64,000 nt of DNA from Candidatus Bruticola papionis (GCA_002407045.1 DHKB01000034.1:37786-101785); one strand, 5' to 3'. Shown: positions 44,817-55,927, counted from the stretch's first letter. The notes: generated by a model from the letters alone, not told the origin. Numbers and translations: made by a program.

Positions 44817-47800
44817 TTAACGACGCAGCCTACTCAAAAGAGACCTTACCTGTTTTTTCTCTTCGGCAGGAGCTAAACGTTCGGCACTTCTGTAAGCGTT
44901 GGCCGCTTCGTCAAGCTGTTGCAAACTACTGTAAGCTTTACCTAAATCTATATAGATGCGCCAATCTTCTGGATCGGCTTCTGCGGCCTGACGATAAGCC
45001 CAGGAAGCAGCTTCGTATTGGCCTTGACGATAAAGCACACGCCCTTTAAGCCAGCCGAAATGACCAGCCAACTCGGGGAAATCTTCCATAGCTTTGCTAA
45101 AGACATCGACAGCATCCTGCAAACGGCCACATTTACGATAGGCTCGTCCCAATTGCTCAATAATACGATGGTTGCGTGGAGCTTCTTGACTGGCTTCAAG
45201 TAAAACCGATACGGCACTACTCCAGCGATCCTGAGCGCCCAAAACGTCAGCTTTGACCAACAATAAAGGAGCATAGCGAGGAGCAGACTTGAGACCATCT
45301 TCTACGTTGGCTAAAGCTTTCGCATAATTTTTCTTACTTAACCATACCTTAGCTAAGCCTATGTAAACCTCGGCATTGTAAGGATCGCGAGCCAAAATAG
45401 AAGAGAGCATTTCTAAAGCCGCCACTGCATGGTCCTGGGCTAAAAGATTACGAGCAGCACCGACATAAGCATTATAAACGACTGCAAATCCGCTGCTATC
45501 GGGGACGACGCTAAGGAAACGACGGAAGCAAAGTACAGCTTCATCGTGGCGCCCTTGAGTATAGTAAGCGCGAGCTAAAGGCAAATTGAATAAATACATA
45601 TCAGGATCGCTATCGATAGCGTTCTTAAATTCGATAATTGCCAAATTGCTGAGCCCTTGGCCAGCAAAGGCCCTGCCAAGCATACCTCTAGCTTGAGCAT
45701 CGTTAGGACGCAAAGCCAAACTACTTTGTAATTGACGCACAGCGTCTTCGTAAGCACCAAGCTCCAAGAGCATGATGCCCAAAGACTTAGGATAATCAGG
45801 ATTAGTATAATCTAAGCGACAGGCTTTTACTAATTCGTTGATAGCGGGCTGATATTGGCCAGCGCAATAGTAAGCCATAGCTAAATCTTCACGATAAGCC
45901 GGATTTACAGGATGAGCCTCTACAGCTTTTTGATACTGAGCTACAGAATCGGCATCATAATGCTTTTTAAGATATATACGACCCAAACGATTATAATTTT
46001 CAGCACAGGCAGGCTCAAGTTTCACGATTTGTTCGAAGTGATCCATGGCCTTTTCCAAGGAGTTGCCTAAAATAAAGACCTCACCCAAACGGCGATGCAA
46101 ACTTAAGCTGTTGGGGTGGAACTTTAAAGCTTGCTCTAAAGTTTTGACAGCTTCATTTAGTTGGTTGTGATGGCAGAATAAAGTAGACAGCTTGATGGAA
46201 GCTTCTATGTGACCAGGCTCGTCTTCTAAAGCTTCACTCAATTCGCTGACAGCTTCTTGCTCTTTGTTTTGAGCCATATAAAGAGCAGCCCAATCGGTAT
46301 GGACTCCAGCATCGACACGTATGCCAACTTGCAAAGCTTTTTCCAAAATAGCTTGTGCCTTAGAATTTTCACCTAATTGTAAGCATACATTGGCCCAGAA
46401 ACTGTAAACTCCGCCATTTTGCGGTTGAGATGCGCAAGCTCTCTCCAAGCAAGCCAAAGCTTCATTACAGCGATTTTGAGTAACCAAAAACAGAGCCAAT
46501 TGATAATTGACTTGAAAATCTTGCGGAGCTTGCTCCAGTGCTATGCAATATTGTTCAAAAGCCACTTCTGGACGATTTTGAGCAAAATACAAGAAAGCCA
46601 ATCTGCAACGCAAAACATTGTCATATTCGCAACGATCTAGAGCTTTATGTAAAGCGGAGATCACCAAATCTGGCTGTTCAGTTCTAGAGAAGAAGTCGGC
46701 TAAAGCTACGTAGGGCTCGTGACTATCAGGAGCAGCCTGGATGGCTTGCTCAATAAGTGAACGAGCGCTGCCATAATCACCAAGTTCTAGACGGGCGCGA
46801 CCCAAACCAAGAAGGCCCGGCACACTATTGGGCTCACGAGACAGCACCAAATTAAACTCTGAGGCTGCTTCCTGAAAACGAGCCTCTTTTAAAGCATTTA
46901 ATCCAGACTGGATTACGGTTTCGCTGTCGCGCTCGGCAACTTCTTCGACGGCTTTGGGCACTGGCATAGACGCACGCTCTGCCGCCGAAGGAGCTTTTTC
47001 TTCGACGTTGGCCATCCAATCATTGGAAGCGACAGCTGCGCCGCTGCCTCCTACGAAGCGTCGGGAATTGGGAGAGCCACCCTCGGCATTTTCGACATCT
47101 TGGGAAGGCTGTTCTGGTTCGCCCCAAGATGGCGCCACCGGTTGGGTGGCCTTGGGCATAGTCTGAGCCGGTTTTATTTCGGGAATGGGGATTTTAACCG
47201 GCTCAGAAGCAGCACTTTTCGAAGAAGTGTCGGGCAGCGGCGCGGCAACACTCGTTTCGTTGATAACTTTGCGCAAAGCGGGCCCTGGAGGCGGCATGAC
47301 AGGTTTGACAGGCGCTTCGGCTTGCACAGCTTTAGCCTGTTCCTGCGATTCGTAGGAAGCAACTGAAGTGCGAAAAGCCGCTTCTCCTCCTATAGTGACT
47401 ACTCCAGCAGGCCTTTTTCTAGCTTGTTCATGCTGACGAGCCACATCAGCTTCATAATCGGCAGCAGAATTTATAACTACAGCTGGCCTGGACTGTCCAC
47501 GCAATACGCGAGAAGAGGAAGTAACCGTCTGGAAAGCGGGACGCCTTTCCGAAGAGGCAGCAGTAACAGGCTGAGCCGCAACAGGAGCGGCCTGAACAGG
47601 TGCAGCTTGTACCGTTTCCGCTAAATGGCTCTGCCCTATAGGGAGGCGTCTAATGCTAGAAGGACTGGGCAGCCGCTTAGGGCTGGTCTCAGTTGAAGCA
47701 GAAGCGCCTGCAGCCGAATCAGCGGTGCTGACCTTAGAGACATTAAAACGCGCTGAAGAAGGAGCTGGCAAACGCGAAGGAGTTTTGGTCCCACCCAATT

Positions 47801-48671
47801 TGCCAACAGAAGGCACACTGGCACTGGAAGACGGCGCGGAAGAAATAGCTTCATGTTTGAGACAAGCATCAAAGCTTTCGATCATGTCAGCGACGCTGGC
47901 AAAGCGGTCTTCAACTTTTTTGCGCAAAGAACGCAACACTAAAGTCTCTAGACCAGGAGAAATGTTCTTATTATAAAGGCGCGGTGAAGGAGCCGGTTCT
48001 TCGGCTACTTTGCGGAACATTTCCAAAGGGTTGCTGGCACTAAAAGGCCAACGGCCAGTAATGAGCTCAAAAAGGATAACGCCTAAAGAATATATATCGG
48101 TACGTTCGTCGGTAAGCTTACCTACTGCTTGCTCAGGAGAAACGTAAGCAGCAGTCCCCATAACTTGGCCAACTTCTGTTAAGGAATGCTGGCCAGCGAA
48201 GAAGGCCAAACCAAAATCCATTACTTTAACTTGTCCGGTTTTGCTTACCATAATATTATCAGGCTTCAAATCGCGATGGATAACGCCATTTTCATGGGCG
48301 TAGCGCACCGCTTCCAAAACTTGACGAAAAATTTTTAAGCGTTGGCGAAGTTGTTCGTTGGTGGGTACTTCCTCGTATTCAATCATATCGCTTAAGGAAC
48401 TGCCTTCAACATATTCCATAACGATAAAATGGATATCATCAACCTGACCGATATCGTGAATTTTAACGATATAAGGACTATCTAAGCGAGCTGCCGTTTT
48501 GGCTTCACGTAAAAAACGCTCGATAGACTTGGGGTTCATCTTTTTGGGAGGAAGAACTTTTATAGCTACCTGACGTTCCAGAACGGGATCTTCTCCGCGG
48601 TAGACTACGCCCATACCGCCTCTGCCCAATTCTTCGATAACTTTATAGCGCCCAATATAGATGGTACCCAT
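44817..48671 (-). CDS. Ser/Thr protein kinase fused to long low-complexity linker and ~20 TPR repeats (1284 aa)
   Basis: LGRGGMGVVYRG, AIKVL, HRDLKPDNIMV and DFGLA are present. The C-terminal ~650 aa carry repeated A/G/Y-rich 34-mer TPR patterns. Confidence 0.85.
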   Translation of the reverse strand: MGTIYIGRYKVIEELGRGGMGVVYRGEDPVLERQVAIKVLPPKKMNPKSIERFLREAKTAARLDSPYIVKIHDIGQVDDIHFIVMEYVEGSSLSDMIEYEEVPTNEQLRQRLKIFRQVLEAVRYAHENGVIHRDLKPDNIMVSKTGQVKVMDFGLAFFAGQHSLTEVGQVMGTAAYVSPEQAVGKLTDERTDIYSLGVILFELITGRWPFSASNPLEMFRKVAEEPAPSPRLYNKNISPGLETLVLRSLRKKVEDRFASVADMIESFDACLKHEAISSAPSSSASVPSVGKLGGTKTPSRLPAPSSARFNVSKVSTADSAAGASASTETSPKRLPSPSSIRRLPIGQSHLAETVQAAPVQAAPVAAQPVTAASSERRPAFQTVTSSSRVLRGQSRPAVVINSAADYEADVARQHEQARKRPAGVVTIGGEAAFRTSVASYESQEQAKAVQAEAPVKPVMPPPGPALRKVINETSVAAPLPDTSSKSAASEPVKIPIPEIKPAQTMPKATQPVAPSWGEPEQPSQDVENAEGGSPNSRRFVGGSGAAVASNDWMANVEEKAPSAAERASMPVPKAVEEVAERDSETVIQSGLNALKEARFQEAASEFNLVLSREPNSVPGLLGLGRARLELGDYGSARSLIEQAIQAAPDSHEPYVALADFFSRTEQPDLVISALHKALDRCEYDNVLRCRLAFLYFAQNRPEVAFEQYCIALEQAPQDFQVNYQLALFLVTQNRCNEALACLERACASQPQNGGVYSFWANVCLQLGENSKAQAILEKALQVGIRVDAGVHTDWAALYMAQNKEQEAVSELSEALEDEPGHIEASIKLSTLFCHHNQLNEAVKTLEQALKFHPNSLSLHRRLGEVFILGNSLEKAMDHFEQIVKLEPACAENYNRLGRIYLKKHYDADSVAQYQKAVEAHPVNPAYREDLAMAYYCAGQYQPAINELVKACRLDYTNPDYPKSLGIMLLELGAYEDAVRQLQSSLALRPNDAQARGMLGRAFAGQGLSNLAIIEFKNAIDSDPDMYLFNLPLARAYYTQGRHDEAVLCFRRFLSVVPDSSGFAVVYNAYVGAARNLLAQDHAVAALEMLSSILARDPYNAEVYIGLAKVWLSKKNYAKALANVEDGLKSAPRYAPLLLVKADVLGAQDRWSSAVSVLLEASQEAPRNHRIIEQLGRAYRKCGRLQDAVDVFSKAMEDFPELAGHFGWLKGRVLYRQGQYEAASWAYRQAAEADPEDWRIYIDLGKAYSSLQQLDEAANAYRSAERLAPAEEKKQVRSLLSRLRR

Positions 48672-48707
48672 TAGGTCAGCAACCTCATAATATACTTGAA
48701 GCGTCGA

Positions 48708-50222
48708 TTAAAACGCTACATCTTGCGAAAGCCGATCTTTCACCCAGGAAAGAGCCTCTTCCTCGGACATACCACGCAAACTACACTCCTCAGCCAATTC
48801 GCGCAGAATCCTGCCTAGCCCCGGACCTGGCTCTATCCCCAGTTTTTTTTGCAGCAAAGAGCCGTTTACCGGAACAAGAGGCTTAGAAAGCATCCCACCC
48901 TTTAAATAATCAAGCAATAAACAATCCAAGTAAAGGGCCCAAGAAGCATATTTGCCAACTGGAAAAGCTCCCCCTTGGCTATTCTCCATTTGTGCTTTCT
49001 TGCCTGCCCCAGCAAAAGCGGCCTCAGCAGTGGAACCTTTAGTGATAGAAGAAGTTTTAATCAAAGATGAAAGCCAAATTCCGTTTACAGATGCAACTAT
49101 AAAAAAATACTTGACTTTGCCGAAAAAGCAATAAAATTCGCGTCTATCAAGTGGTTTAGCCAAAAGTTCGGCCAATTCCTCAGAAGCTGTCCTCATTTCC
49201 TTAATAACTTGCAACTCTGCTCCTGATAATTTAAAACGATTGTTGTGAGGAGTAAGCGAATCAAATTTAGCCAAAAAAACTAGCTTTAGTAAAGATAAAT
49301 AATTGCGTCCACCCTTGGGACTCTCTTTAAGCTTTTGTTGTAAAAGTCGCCCACTGTATTTGAAAAGAGGCCAAGCCAGTCTTTGCTGTTCTTCTAGTCC
49401 AGTAAGTAATTCCCAGCAAGATAGTTCCGTCCCGAGAAAGTTTTGCTTATGATCCCATTTTTGGCCTAAGAATATATCAAAAGCCATACTTTGCAATAGT
49501 AACTTACGGTCTGATAAAGTATGATTTAATATGACAGATAGTTCAGCAATAAGGCGCTCACCAGCTATATTTATTAAACCACCGCGCAAAAAATTGGCAA
49601 TTTCTTCTTCCAATCGACTGTCGATAGTTAAAGAATATAGCAAACGAAAACGCACCGCTCGCAAAGCTCTTAGAGGATCACTGGCTAAACTATGTGGAGA
49701 AACAAGTGACAATTTGTGCTTCCAAAGATCCACTAATCCTGAGCCGACATCATACAAAGCACCATCCTTAAGGCTATAGGCTAAAGCATTAAGCGTAAAA
49801 TCACGCTCTTGCAAATCCTCGAAAATATTTTTTCCTTGTCTGGTGCAAAAATCAATTTCGATATTTGTCTGAGTAAAAACAGCTCTATAAAAACCACGTT
49901 CTTTATCTAAAACTACCCAAGATGCTTTAGCAAAATCACAAAATTGACGCGAAAGTAAGCACACTTCATTAGGATCGTCGCAATCGACAACTAAATCCCA
50001 ATCTTTTACTGGCTTGGCCAAAGCTAAGTTGCGCAAAGCTCCGCCTACAATAAAAATATCTCGCTCTGTACAAATGCGCAAATATTGCCAATAAGGCGAT
50101 AACATGCTTACTAGGCACTCTTTTACAGCTCGAAACAAATGTTGGCCAAATATAGACAAACTATCACTAATCTGAGGAGAACGAGACTCGGAAAGAAAAT
50201 CTGTTTGGTAATACTTACTCAT
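48708..50222 (-). CDS. tRNA nucleotidyltransferase (CCA-adding enzyme) / poly(A) polymerase family protein
   Basis: The head domain carries GGALRN, DWDLVVD, RDFTLNA and DPLRALRAVRF. Confidence 0.8.
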   Translation of the reverse strand: MSKYYQTDFLSESRSPQISDSLSIFGQHLFRAVKECLVSMLSPYWQYLRICTERDIFIVGGALRNLALAKPVKDWDLVVDCDDPNEVCLLSRQFCDFAKASWVVLDKERGFYRAVFTQTNIEIDFCTRQGKNIFEDLQERDFTLNALAYSLKDGALYDVGSGLVDLWKHKLSLVSPHSLASDPLRALRAVRFRLLYSLTIDSRLEEEIANFLRGGLINIAGERLIAELSVILNHTLSDRKLLLQSMAFDIFLGQKWDHKQNFLGTELSCWELLTGLEEQQRLAWPLFKYSGRLLQQKLKESPKGGRNYLSLLKLVFLAKFDSLTPHNNRFKLSGAELQVIKEMRTASEELAELLAKPLDRREFYCFFGKVKYFFIVASVNGIWLSSLIKTSSITKGSTAEAAFAGAGKKAQMENSQGGAFPVGKYASWALYLDCLLLDYLKGGMLSKPLVPVNGSLLQKKLGIEPGPGLGRILRELAEECSLRGMSEEEALSWVKDRLSQDVAF

Positions 50223-50227
50223 TTAAC

Positions 50228-51982
50228 TTATCTAATAACAGCATTTTCAAAGTGAATAACGCCCCAGCGGTCGTAATCTAGGCCATGTACATTTTTTCGA
50301 CAAGCGTGCACCAGATCTGTCCAACCAATACAAAACTCCATACCATCGTTGTCCAATTTAGCTCGTACAGCTTTATAACAATCGAGGCGTTCTTGTCTAT
50401 TTTCTGTAGAGCGAGCAGCTTCCAAAAGACGTAAAATACGCTGACTGGAGTAATTGTAAATGTTATACTCGTCGTGTACTCCACCAGGATCGGCTAACAT
50501 TCTGTTAGCTTCTAAGCTAGGATCACAAGCAGCAACTTCCTCAGTTAGCAAGCACAAATCATACAAATTGCTAGACAAACTGCGCCTATACTCTTCAGTG
50601 GCAGCTCCATATAATTCGATATTGAGCCCCGCACTATTTAAACAAGAGGCTAAAAATTCAGCAGTAGGCCCCAAATCGGCTGCTGCGTAAGTATTTCGAC
50701 AGTATAGCAAAGTAAGTTTGCCAAACTCGCTGCCGTTGCCATACATGCGACTGAACATACGTTTAGCTTTAACAGCACTGTATTCGGGTTGCAATTTGGA
50801 GGGTACTTGAGCCCAACTTAAAGGAGAAAAAAGAGTATGACAAACTTGGCCACGCCCACCAAAGAAAAGCTGCAAAACAGTCTTTCTAGGTATGGCAAAA
50901 CCTAAAGCCAAACGACCGCGGACGTCGTTGAAGGGTCGATGAGTACAATTGGGAATGAGGGACAGCTTTGTTAAAGTTGGTGGTTTAATTAGTTGTAAGT
51001 CCTTATTTTTTTTTACTTTTTCGATCTTATCTGCCGGTAAAGTTAAAATTACATCAACATTACCCCGCTCAAGCTCACGTACTCTACTCTGAGGATCAGC
51101 TATTACCATGAAGACAATTTCGTCTAAAGCAGATTTTCCGCGCCAACATCTGGACGTCGAGCGCAAAGTCAAACGCTGGCCCTTTCTCCATTCAACAATA
51201 GTAAAAGGACCGCTACCGTAGATATTTTTGTTGCCATCACTCCCTTGGGCATATACAGTGACAGCCATAGTCGGCGCGGCCATAAGCTCTAAAAAATCTG
51301 CACAAGGATAATTTAGAACGAATTGTACTGTTTGTTCATCTAAGCTTTTAACTTCAGATAGGACTGGACGCTCTCCGTCAAAGTTTGCCCTAAAAAAGGC
51401 AAAACGCCGATCTTTTCCCAGAATAAGACGTCGTACCCAATTAACTACAATTTGAGCAGAAAGTTTGGTTCCATTGTGAAAATATACCTCAGAGCGCAAA
51501 TTGAAAGTCCAAACTTTCCCATCAGCTGAACGAGTCCAACTTTTGGCCAAATTGGGAATTATTGTTCCATCTTCGATCTTTACCAAAGTATCAAAAACAG
51601 GAGAAAGAACCTGAGAAGAAAGAGAATTGGCTGATACAGCAGGATCAAGATCAACTAAATCACAAGGAACGGCCACGGTTAAATATTTTCTACTGCCAGC
51701 AAGCCAAGCTTTATTCTCCTCTTGAGCGCCGAACCAGCCGTAAAAAGCGATCATCAACATCCCGGCAGCCAGTAAGCAAAAGGCTAAAAAACGCATTTTA
51801 CCAAAGTTCGGACTGCTAACTACATCTAACTCACGAGAAAGGAATTTTTGGCCTTCATTTTTTACATTTTCTGCCAAATCGATAATAGAGCTGTCTCGAG
51901 CTTTGAGCTTTTGGCTTCCATTTTGGCCGGGGTTGAACTGGCACAGGTTATTTTTTTTCTTATTCTTTCCGCTACTAACCAT
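50228..51982 (-). CDS. ABC transporter substrate-binding protein, family 5 (peptide/nickel type)
   Basis: The LAKSWTRSADGKVWTFNLRSEVYFHNGTKL family-5 signature is present. The ATG overlaps the nfo stop (TAATG). An alternative start at 51796 (MRFLAF TM anchor) is possible. Confidence 0.7.
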   Translation of the reverse strand: MVSSGKNKKKNNLCQFNPGQNGSQKLKARDSSIIDLAENVKNEGQKFLSRELDVVSSPNFGKMRFLAFCLLAAGMLMIAFYGWFGAQEENKAWLAGSRKYLTVAVPCDLVDLDPAVSANSLSSQVLSPVFDTLVKIEDGTIIPNLAKSWTRSADGKVWTFNLRSEVYFHNGTKLSAQIVVNWVRRLILGKDRRFAFFRANFDGERPVLSEVKSLDEQTVQFVLNYPCADFLELMAAPTMAVTVYAQGSDGNKNIYGSGPFTIVEWRKGQRLTLRSTSRCWRGKSALDEIVFMVIADPQSRVRELERGNVDVILTLPADKIEKVKKNKDLQLIKPPTLTKLSLIPNCTHRPFNDVRGRLALGFAIPRKTVLQLFFGGRGQVCHTLFSPLSWAQVPSKLQPEYSAVKAKRMFSRMYGNGSEFGKLTLLYCRNTYAAADLGPTAEFLASCLNSAGLNIELYGAATEEYRRSLSSNLYDLCLLTEEVAACDPSLEANRMLADPGGVHDEYNIYNYSSQRILRLLEAARSTENRQERLDCYKAVRAKLDNDGMEFCIGWTDLVHACRKNVHGLDYDRWGVIHFENAVIR

Positions 51983-52815
51983 TACTGTCTATACAAACTG
52001 CGCAAAAGTTTTATTTCTTCGGCATAGCCAGACAATTCGTTGGGAGTTTCCAAATAAAATGGTAATTCACGCAAATAGGGATGATTGATAATTTTGGCCA
52101 TAGCTTCAATTCCCAACTTTCCTTGCCCAATCTTAGCATGACGATCTTTATGAGCTCCGAGCTCATTTAAGCTATCATTTAGGTGGATGGCTTTCAATCT
52201 GGATAAGCCCAAAACCTTATCAAAATTTTCCAAAGTCTGATCTAAGCCGATATTGACATCGTAACCACCATCCCAGACATGGCAAGTATCTAGGCAAACG
52301 CCGAGCTTTTCCGGACATTTTGTTAAACTTATAATTTGTTCTAGCTCTTCAAAAGAACGTCCCAGCTCAGTACCTTTTCCGGCCATAGTTTCCAAAAGTA
52401 CAAAACCAGGAAAATTTTCCGGAATAACATTATTGAGAGTATCGGCAATAGCGGCCAAACCTTCTTGCGGAGTGCGCTTCAAGTAATTGCCAGGATGGAA
52501 ATTATACATAGCTCCATCTATTTTAGCGGTAAAATTTAAGTCTTCGCGCAAAATTTCTCTGGTAAGCTCTTGCACACTTTCTTCCACCGAAGCTGGGTTG
52601 ATGATAAAGGGACTGTGCACTAAAAGGGGCCCTAACTTTTGCTCTTTTATTAAAGAACAAAAATTTTCGATATCTTGCTCTTTAAAACGCAAAGCTCCTT
52701 TGCCCCTAGGATTGCGGCAAAAAAACTGAAAGACATTAGCTTCAATAGAAACCGCGTCTTTTATCATAGCGGTCAACCCTTTAGAAATAGATAAGTGGCA
52801 ACCGATTTTAAACAT
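51982..52815 (-). CDS. nfo: Endonuclease IV (AP endonuclease family 2)
   Basis: MFKIGCHLS, LVHSPFIINPAS and HLNDS are present. The protein is 277 aa with a TIM-barrel Nfo pattern. Confidence 0.85.
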   Translation of the reverse strand: MFKIGCHLSISKGLTAMIKDAVSIEANVFQFFCRNPRGKGALRFKEQDIENFCSLIKEQKLGPLLVHSPFIINPASVEESVQELTREILREDLNFTAKIDGAMYNFHPGNYLKRTPQEGLAAIADTLNNVIPENFPGFVLLETMAGKGTELGRSFEELEQIISLTKCPEKLGVCLDTCHVWDGGYDVNIGLDQTLENFDKVLGLSRLKAIHLNDSLNELGAHKDRHAKIGQGKLGIEAMAKIINHPYLRELPFYLETPNELSGYAEEIKLLRSLYRQ

Positions 52816-52845
52816 TTTTCCGTCCTTTTTTTGATAATGTTGTAG

Positions 52846-54360
52846 CTAATTTTGAGAAGAGCGCAAATGTTCCAGCCAAATTGCTAATTTTTTTTCATAG
52901 CCTAATTGCCCAGGCTGATAAAATTGACTGCCTTGCAAAGCGTCGGGCAGAAATTGTTGCTTAACATAATGGTTGGGATAGTCGTGAGCATAGCGATATC
53001 CCTTTGCATAGCCCATATTTTTCATAAGTTTGGTAGGAGCGTTGCGCAAATGGAGCGGCACAGGCTCGCCAGGACTTTGGCGTACAACTTGAGCAGCTGC
53101 CATATAAGCGTTGCCTACGCTATTGGACTTCGGCGCCAAAGCTAAATACAAGGCAGCGTGAGCCAAAGGATAAAAACCTTCTGGCATACCTACAAAATGG
53201 ACCGCTTGCTGCGCAGCCATAGCCACTACTAAACCTTGAGAATCGGCTAAGCCCACATCTTCAGAAGCTAAAATGACTAAACGTCTGGCTATAAATAGAG
53301 GATCTTCTCCAGCTTCCAAAAGGCGGGCCAGCCAATAAATAGCTCCATCAGGATCGCTGCCGCGCACCGATTTTATTAGCGCCGAGATCGTATCATAGTG
53401 CGATTCTCCGGCCCTATCGTGGCGTAAATTAGGCCGCCCCATAACTTCAGCGATATGCGATTCAGTTAAAACGCGCTCTCCGTTGCTATTTGCCTCTAAA
53501 GAATTGACTGCTTCTTCCAGAATGTTGAGCGCTGTACGAGCGTCACCTGTACAAGCTCCGGCTAAAAGTTCCAACAACTCGTCGGAAGCTATAACATTAA
53601 AATTGCCTAAGCCACGTTCTTTATCATTTAGAGCTCGACGCAATAAAACAGTAATATCTTGAGTACTTAAAGCTGACAGTGTGAAAACACGACAACGTGA
53701 TAAAAGCGGCGCCACCACTTGGAAGGAAGGATTTTCGGTGGTGGCGCCCACCAAAATAATGGATCCATCTTCTACGTGAGGCAAAACGACATCTTGTTGA
53801 GCCTTATTGAAACGATGAATTTCATCTAGAAAGACAATAGTGCGCCGCTTCATTAGGCGCCAACGCTCTTTAGCTTCAGCCACTATGCGGCGCACTTCGC
53901 TTACTCCAGCGGTAACAGCCGACATAGGTACAAAAGTCGCCTTAGCTCCAGCAGTTAAAAGCTGAGCCAAACTGGTTTTGCCTGTGCCAGGCGGCCCCCA
54001 TAAAATCATGGAAGGTAAAGATCCAGAATCCAGCAAACGGCGCAAGACTCGCCCAGGTCCAACTAAATGTTTTTGCCCTACATATTCATCTAAGGTGCGC
54101 GGCCTCATACGAGCTGAAAGCGGAACAGAGAAATCGATTGCTGAAGCCTCTGCCTCCATTTGGCTTGCCTGAGTCTCATTGGCGGCGGCCCTCTTTTCGC
54201 TTTCAGCCTTCAATTGCGCCAAAGGACGGGCAGCAACTTCTTCAACACCTGGCTTCACAAAATCATGGCGAAAAAGAGGCGCTCTGGGCTTATTTGATTC
54301 TTTAGGTGAATCCGCCTCATTGGCAAATAAGCCACCTTGCAAGTCGGAATTTTTAGGCAT
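52846..54360 (-). CDS. rarA: Replication-associated recombination protein A (AAA+ ATPase) with ~70-aa N-terminal extension
   Basis: ILWGPPGTGKTSLAQLL Walker A, FLDEIHRFNKAQQD, and C-terminal MgsA helical domains are present. Confidence 0.85.
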   Translation of the reverse strand: MPKNSDLQGGLFANEADSPKESNKPRAPLFRHDFVKPGVEEVAARPLAQLKAESEKRAAANETQASQMEAEASAIDFSVPLSARMRPRTLDEYVGQKHLVGPGRVLRRLLDSGSLPSMILWGPPGTGKTSLAQLLTAGAKATFVPMSAVTAGVSEVRRIVAEAKERWRLMKRRTIVFLDEIHRFNKAQQDVVLPHVEDGSIILVGATTENPSFQVVAPLLSRCRVFTLSALSTQDITVLLRRALNDKERGLGNFNVIASDELLELLAGACTGDARTALNILEEAVNSLEANSNGERVLTESHIAEVMGRPNLRHDRAGESHYDTISALIKSVRGSDPDGAIYWLARLLEAGEDPLFIARRLVILASEDVGLADSQGLVVAMAAQQAVHFVGMPEGFYPLAHAALYLALAPKSNSVGNAYMAAAQVVRQSPGEPVPLHLRNAPTKLMKNMGYAKGYRYAHDYPNHYVKQQFLPDALQGSQFYQPGQLGYEKKLAIWLEHLRSSQN

Positions 54361-54550
54361 AGGGAGTTTTGCTCCTTTCTCAATAAGGCCATCCCTACTT
54401 TATACAAAAAAGCCGCCGAAGCTGGCTACCACATATTGCCGAACTCCGAAGGCTTTTCTACCAACGAAATATTTTAGCCTAAAAGACAAACCTTCGCCTA
54501 TATTCCCAACATATAAAAGATGGAAAAATTTAGGAGAAAGCAAGGCTAAG

Positions 54551-55927
54551 TTAATTTTTCAAAGCCTGCAAAGGAGCTGGGATTCTGCCTCCGCGCTCGA
54601 TAAATACAGAAGAGCTGTGCGGATTGACAGCTATAATAGAAGCAGCACCCAAAAGACCGCCGTAATCGACCTTTTCGCCAGCTTTCTTGCCTGGGATAGG
54701 CAAAATACGTACAGCCGTAGTTTTGCTATTAACCATACCTATAGCCATCTCGTCAGCTACAATACCAGATATAGTAGAAGCTGGAGTATCACCAGGAATA
54801 GCAATCATGTCTAAACCTACAGAGCATACACAAGTCATAGCTTCTAACTTTTCCAAAGAGAGAGCGCCAATTTGGGCGCAATAGGCCATTTCTTCATCTT
54901 CAGAAAGAGGGATAAAAGCACCAGACAACCCACCTACGTAAGAAGAAGCCATTGTGCCTCCCTTTTTAACGGCGTCATTGAGCAAGGCCAGAGCAGCAGT
55001 AGTACCGTGAGTACCACAGCGTTCTAAGCCCATAGCTTCCAAAACGTCAGCTACAGAATCGCCACGCTCGGGAGTAGGAGCCAAAGACAAATCGAGAATG
55101 CCAAAATTGACATTAAGACGACGTGAAACTTCTCTGCCGACCAATTCACCCATACGAGTTATCTTAAAAGCAGTACGCTTAACAGCTTCGGCAACCTTAC
55201 CTAAGTCGGCTCCATGACCAAGACGTCTGATAGCGGCATTGACTACACCAGGACCGCTGATACCGACATTGATCGAGCACTCAGGCTCGCCTACTCCATG
55301 CATAGCGCCAGCAATAAATGGGTTATCCTCCATCATATTGCAAAAGCAAACTAACTTACAGCAAGGCAACCCCTCTAATTCAGGGCGCATAAAAGCGGTC
55401 TTGAGAACGATTTCACCAAATAACTTAACGGCATCCATGTTGATGCCAGCTTTGGTAGAGCCCAAGGAGACTGAAGCGCAAACTCTGTCAGTAGTATTGA
55501 GAGCTTCAGGTATCGAGTCGAAAAGAATGCGATCCGAATTGGTAAAACCTTTATGTACCAAAGCGCTAAAACCGCCGATATAATCGACACCTATTTCCTT
55601 GGCCGCTTTATCTACGGCCACAGCCAAAGGCACATACGAATCGGCTCCTGTAGAAGCGCCCAAAAGAGACAAAGGCGAAAGAGCGATACGCTTATTTACA
55701 ATAGGTACGCCAAACTCCTGAGACACTTGCTCCACCACAGGCACTAAGCGTTCGCCTACGGTCAGGATCTTCTCGACGACCTTGTCGCAAGTTGTGCTCA
55801 TAGAACCTGTAGCACAATCTTGTAAATTTAATCCCATAGTAACGGTACGCACGTCGAGATGTTCATTCTCGATCATGCGCAACGTATCAAAAACTTCATT
55901 AGCAGCTAGCCACATAGCGCCCGCCAA
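54551..55927 (-). CDS. UPF0210 (DUF711) family protein
   Basis: The N-terminus [24 protein letters not shown] matches the conserved UPF0210 start. The protein is ~458 aa. Confidence 0.65.
   Translation of the reverse strand: MAGAMWLAANEVFDTLRMIENEHLDVRTVTMGLNLQDCATGSMSTTCDKVVEKILTVGERLVPVVEQVSQEFGVPIVNKRIALSPLSLLGASTGADSYVPLAVAVDKAAKEIGVDYIGGFSALVHKGFTNSDRILFDSIPEALNTTDRVCASVSLGSTKAGINMDAVKLFGEIVLKTAFMRPELEGLPCCKLVCFCNMMEDNPFIAGAMHGVGEPECSINVGISGPGVVNAAIRRLGHGADLGKVAEAVKRTAFKITRMGELVGREVSRRLNVNFGILDLSLAPTPERGDSVADVLEAMGLERCGTHGTTAALALLNDAVKKGGTMASSYVGGLSGAFIPLSEDEEMAYCAQIGALSLEKLEAMTCVCSVGLDMIAIPGDTPASTISGIVADEMAIGMVNSKTTAVRILPIPGKKAGEKVDYGGLLGAASIIAVNPHSSSVFIERGGRIPAPLQALKN

Noticed and set aside
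54179-54814. 211-aa ORF on + strand spanning rarA/UPF0210 intergenic region
   Set aside because: It overlaps the rarA 5' end and the UPF0210 3' end on the opposite strand. Its composition is Ser/Lys-rich with no domain signature. It is probably a chance frame through the terminator/promoter region.
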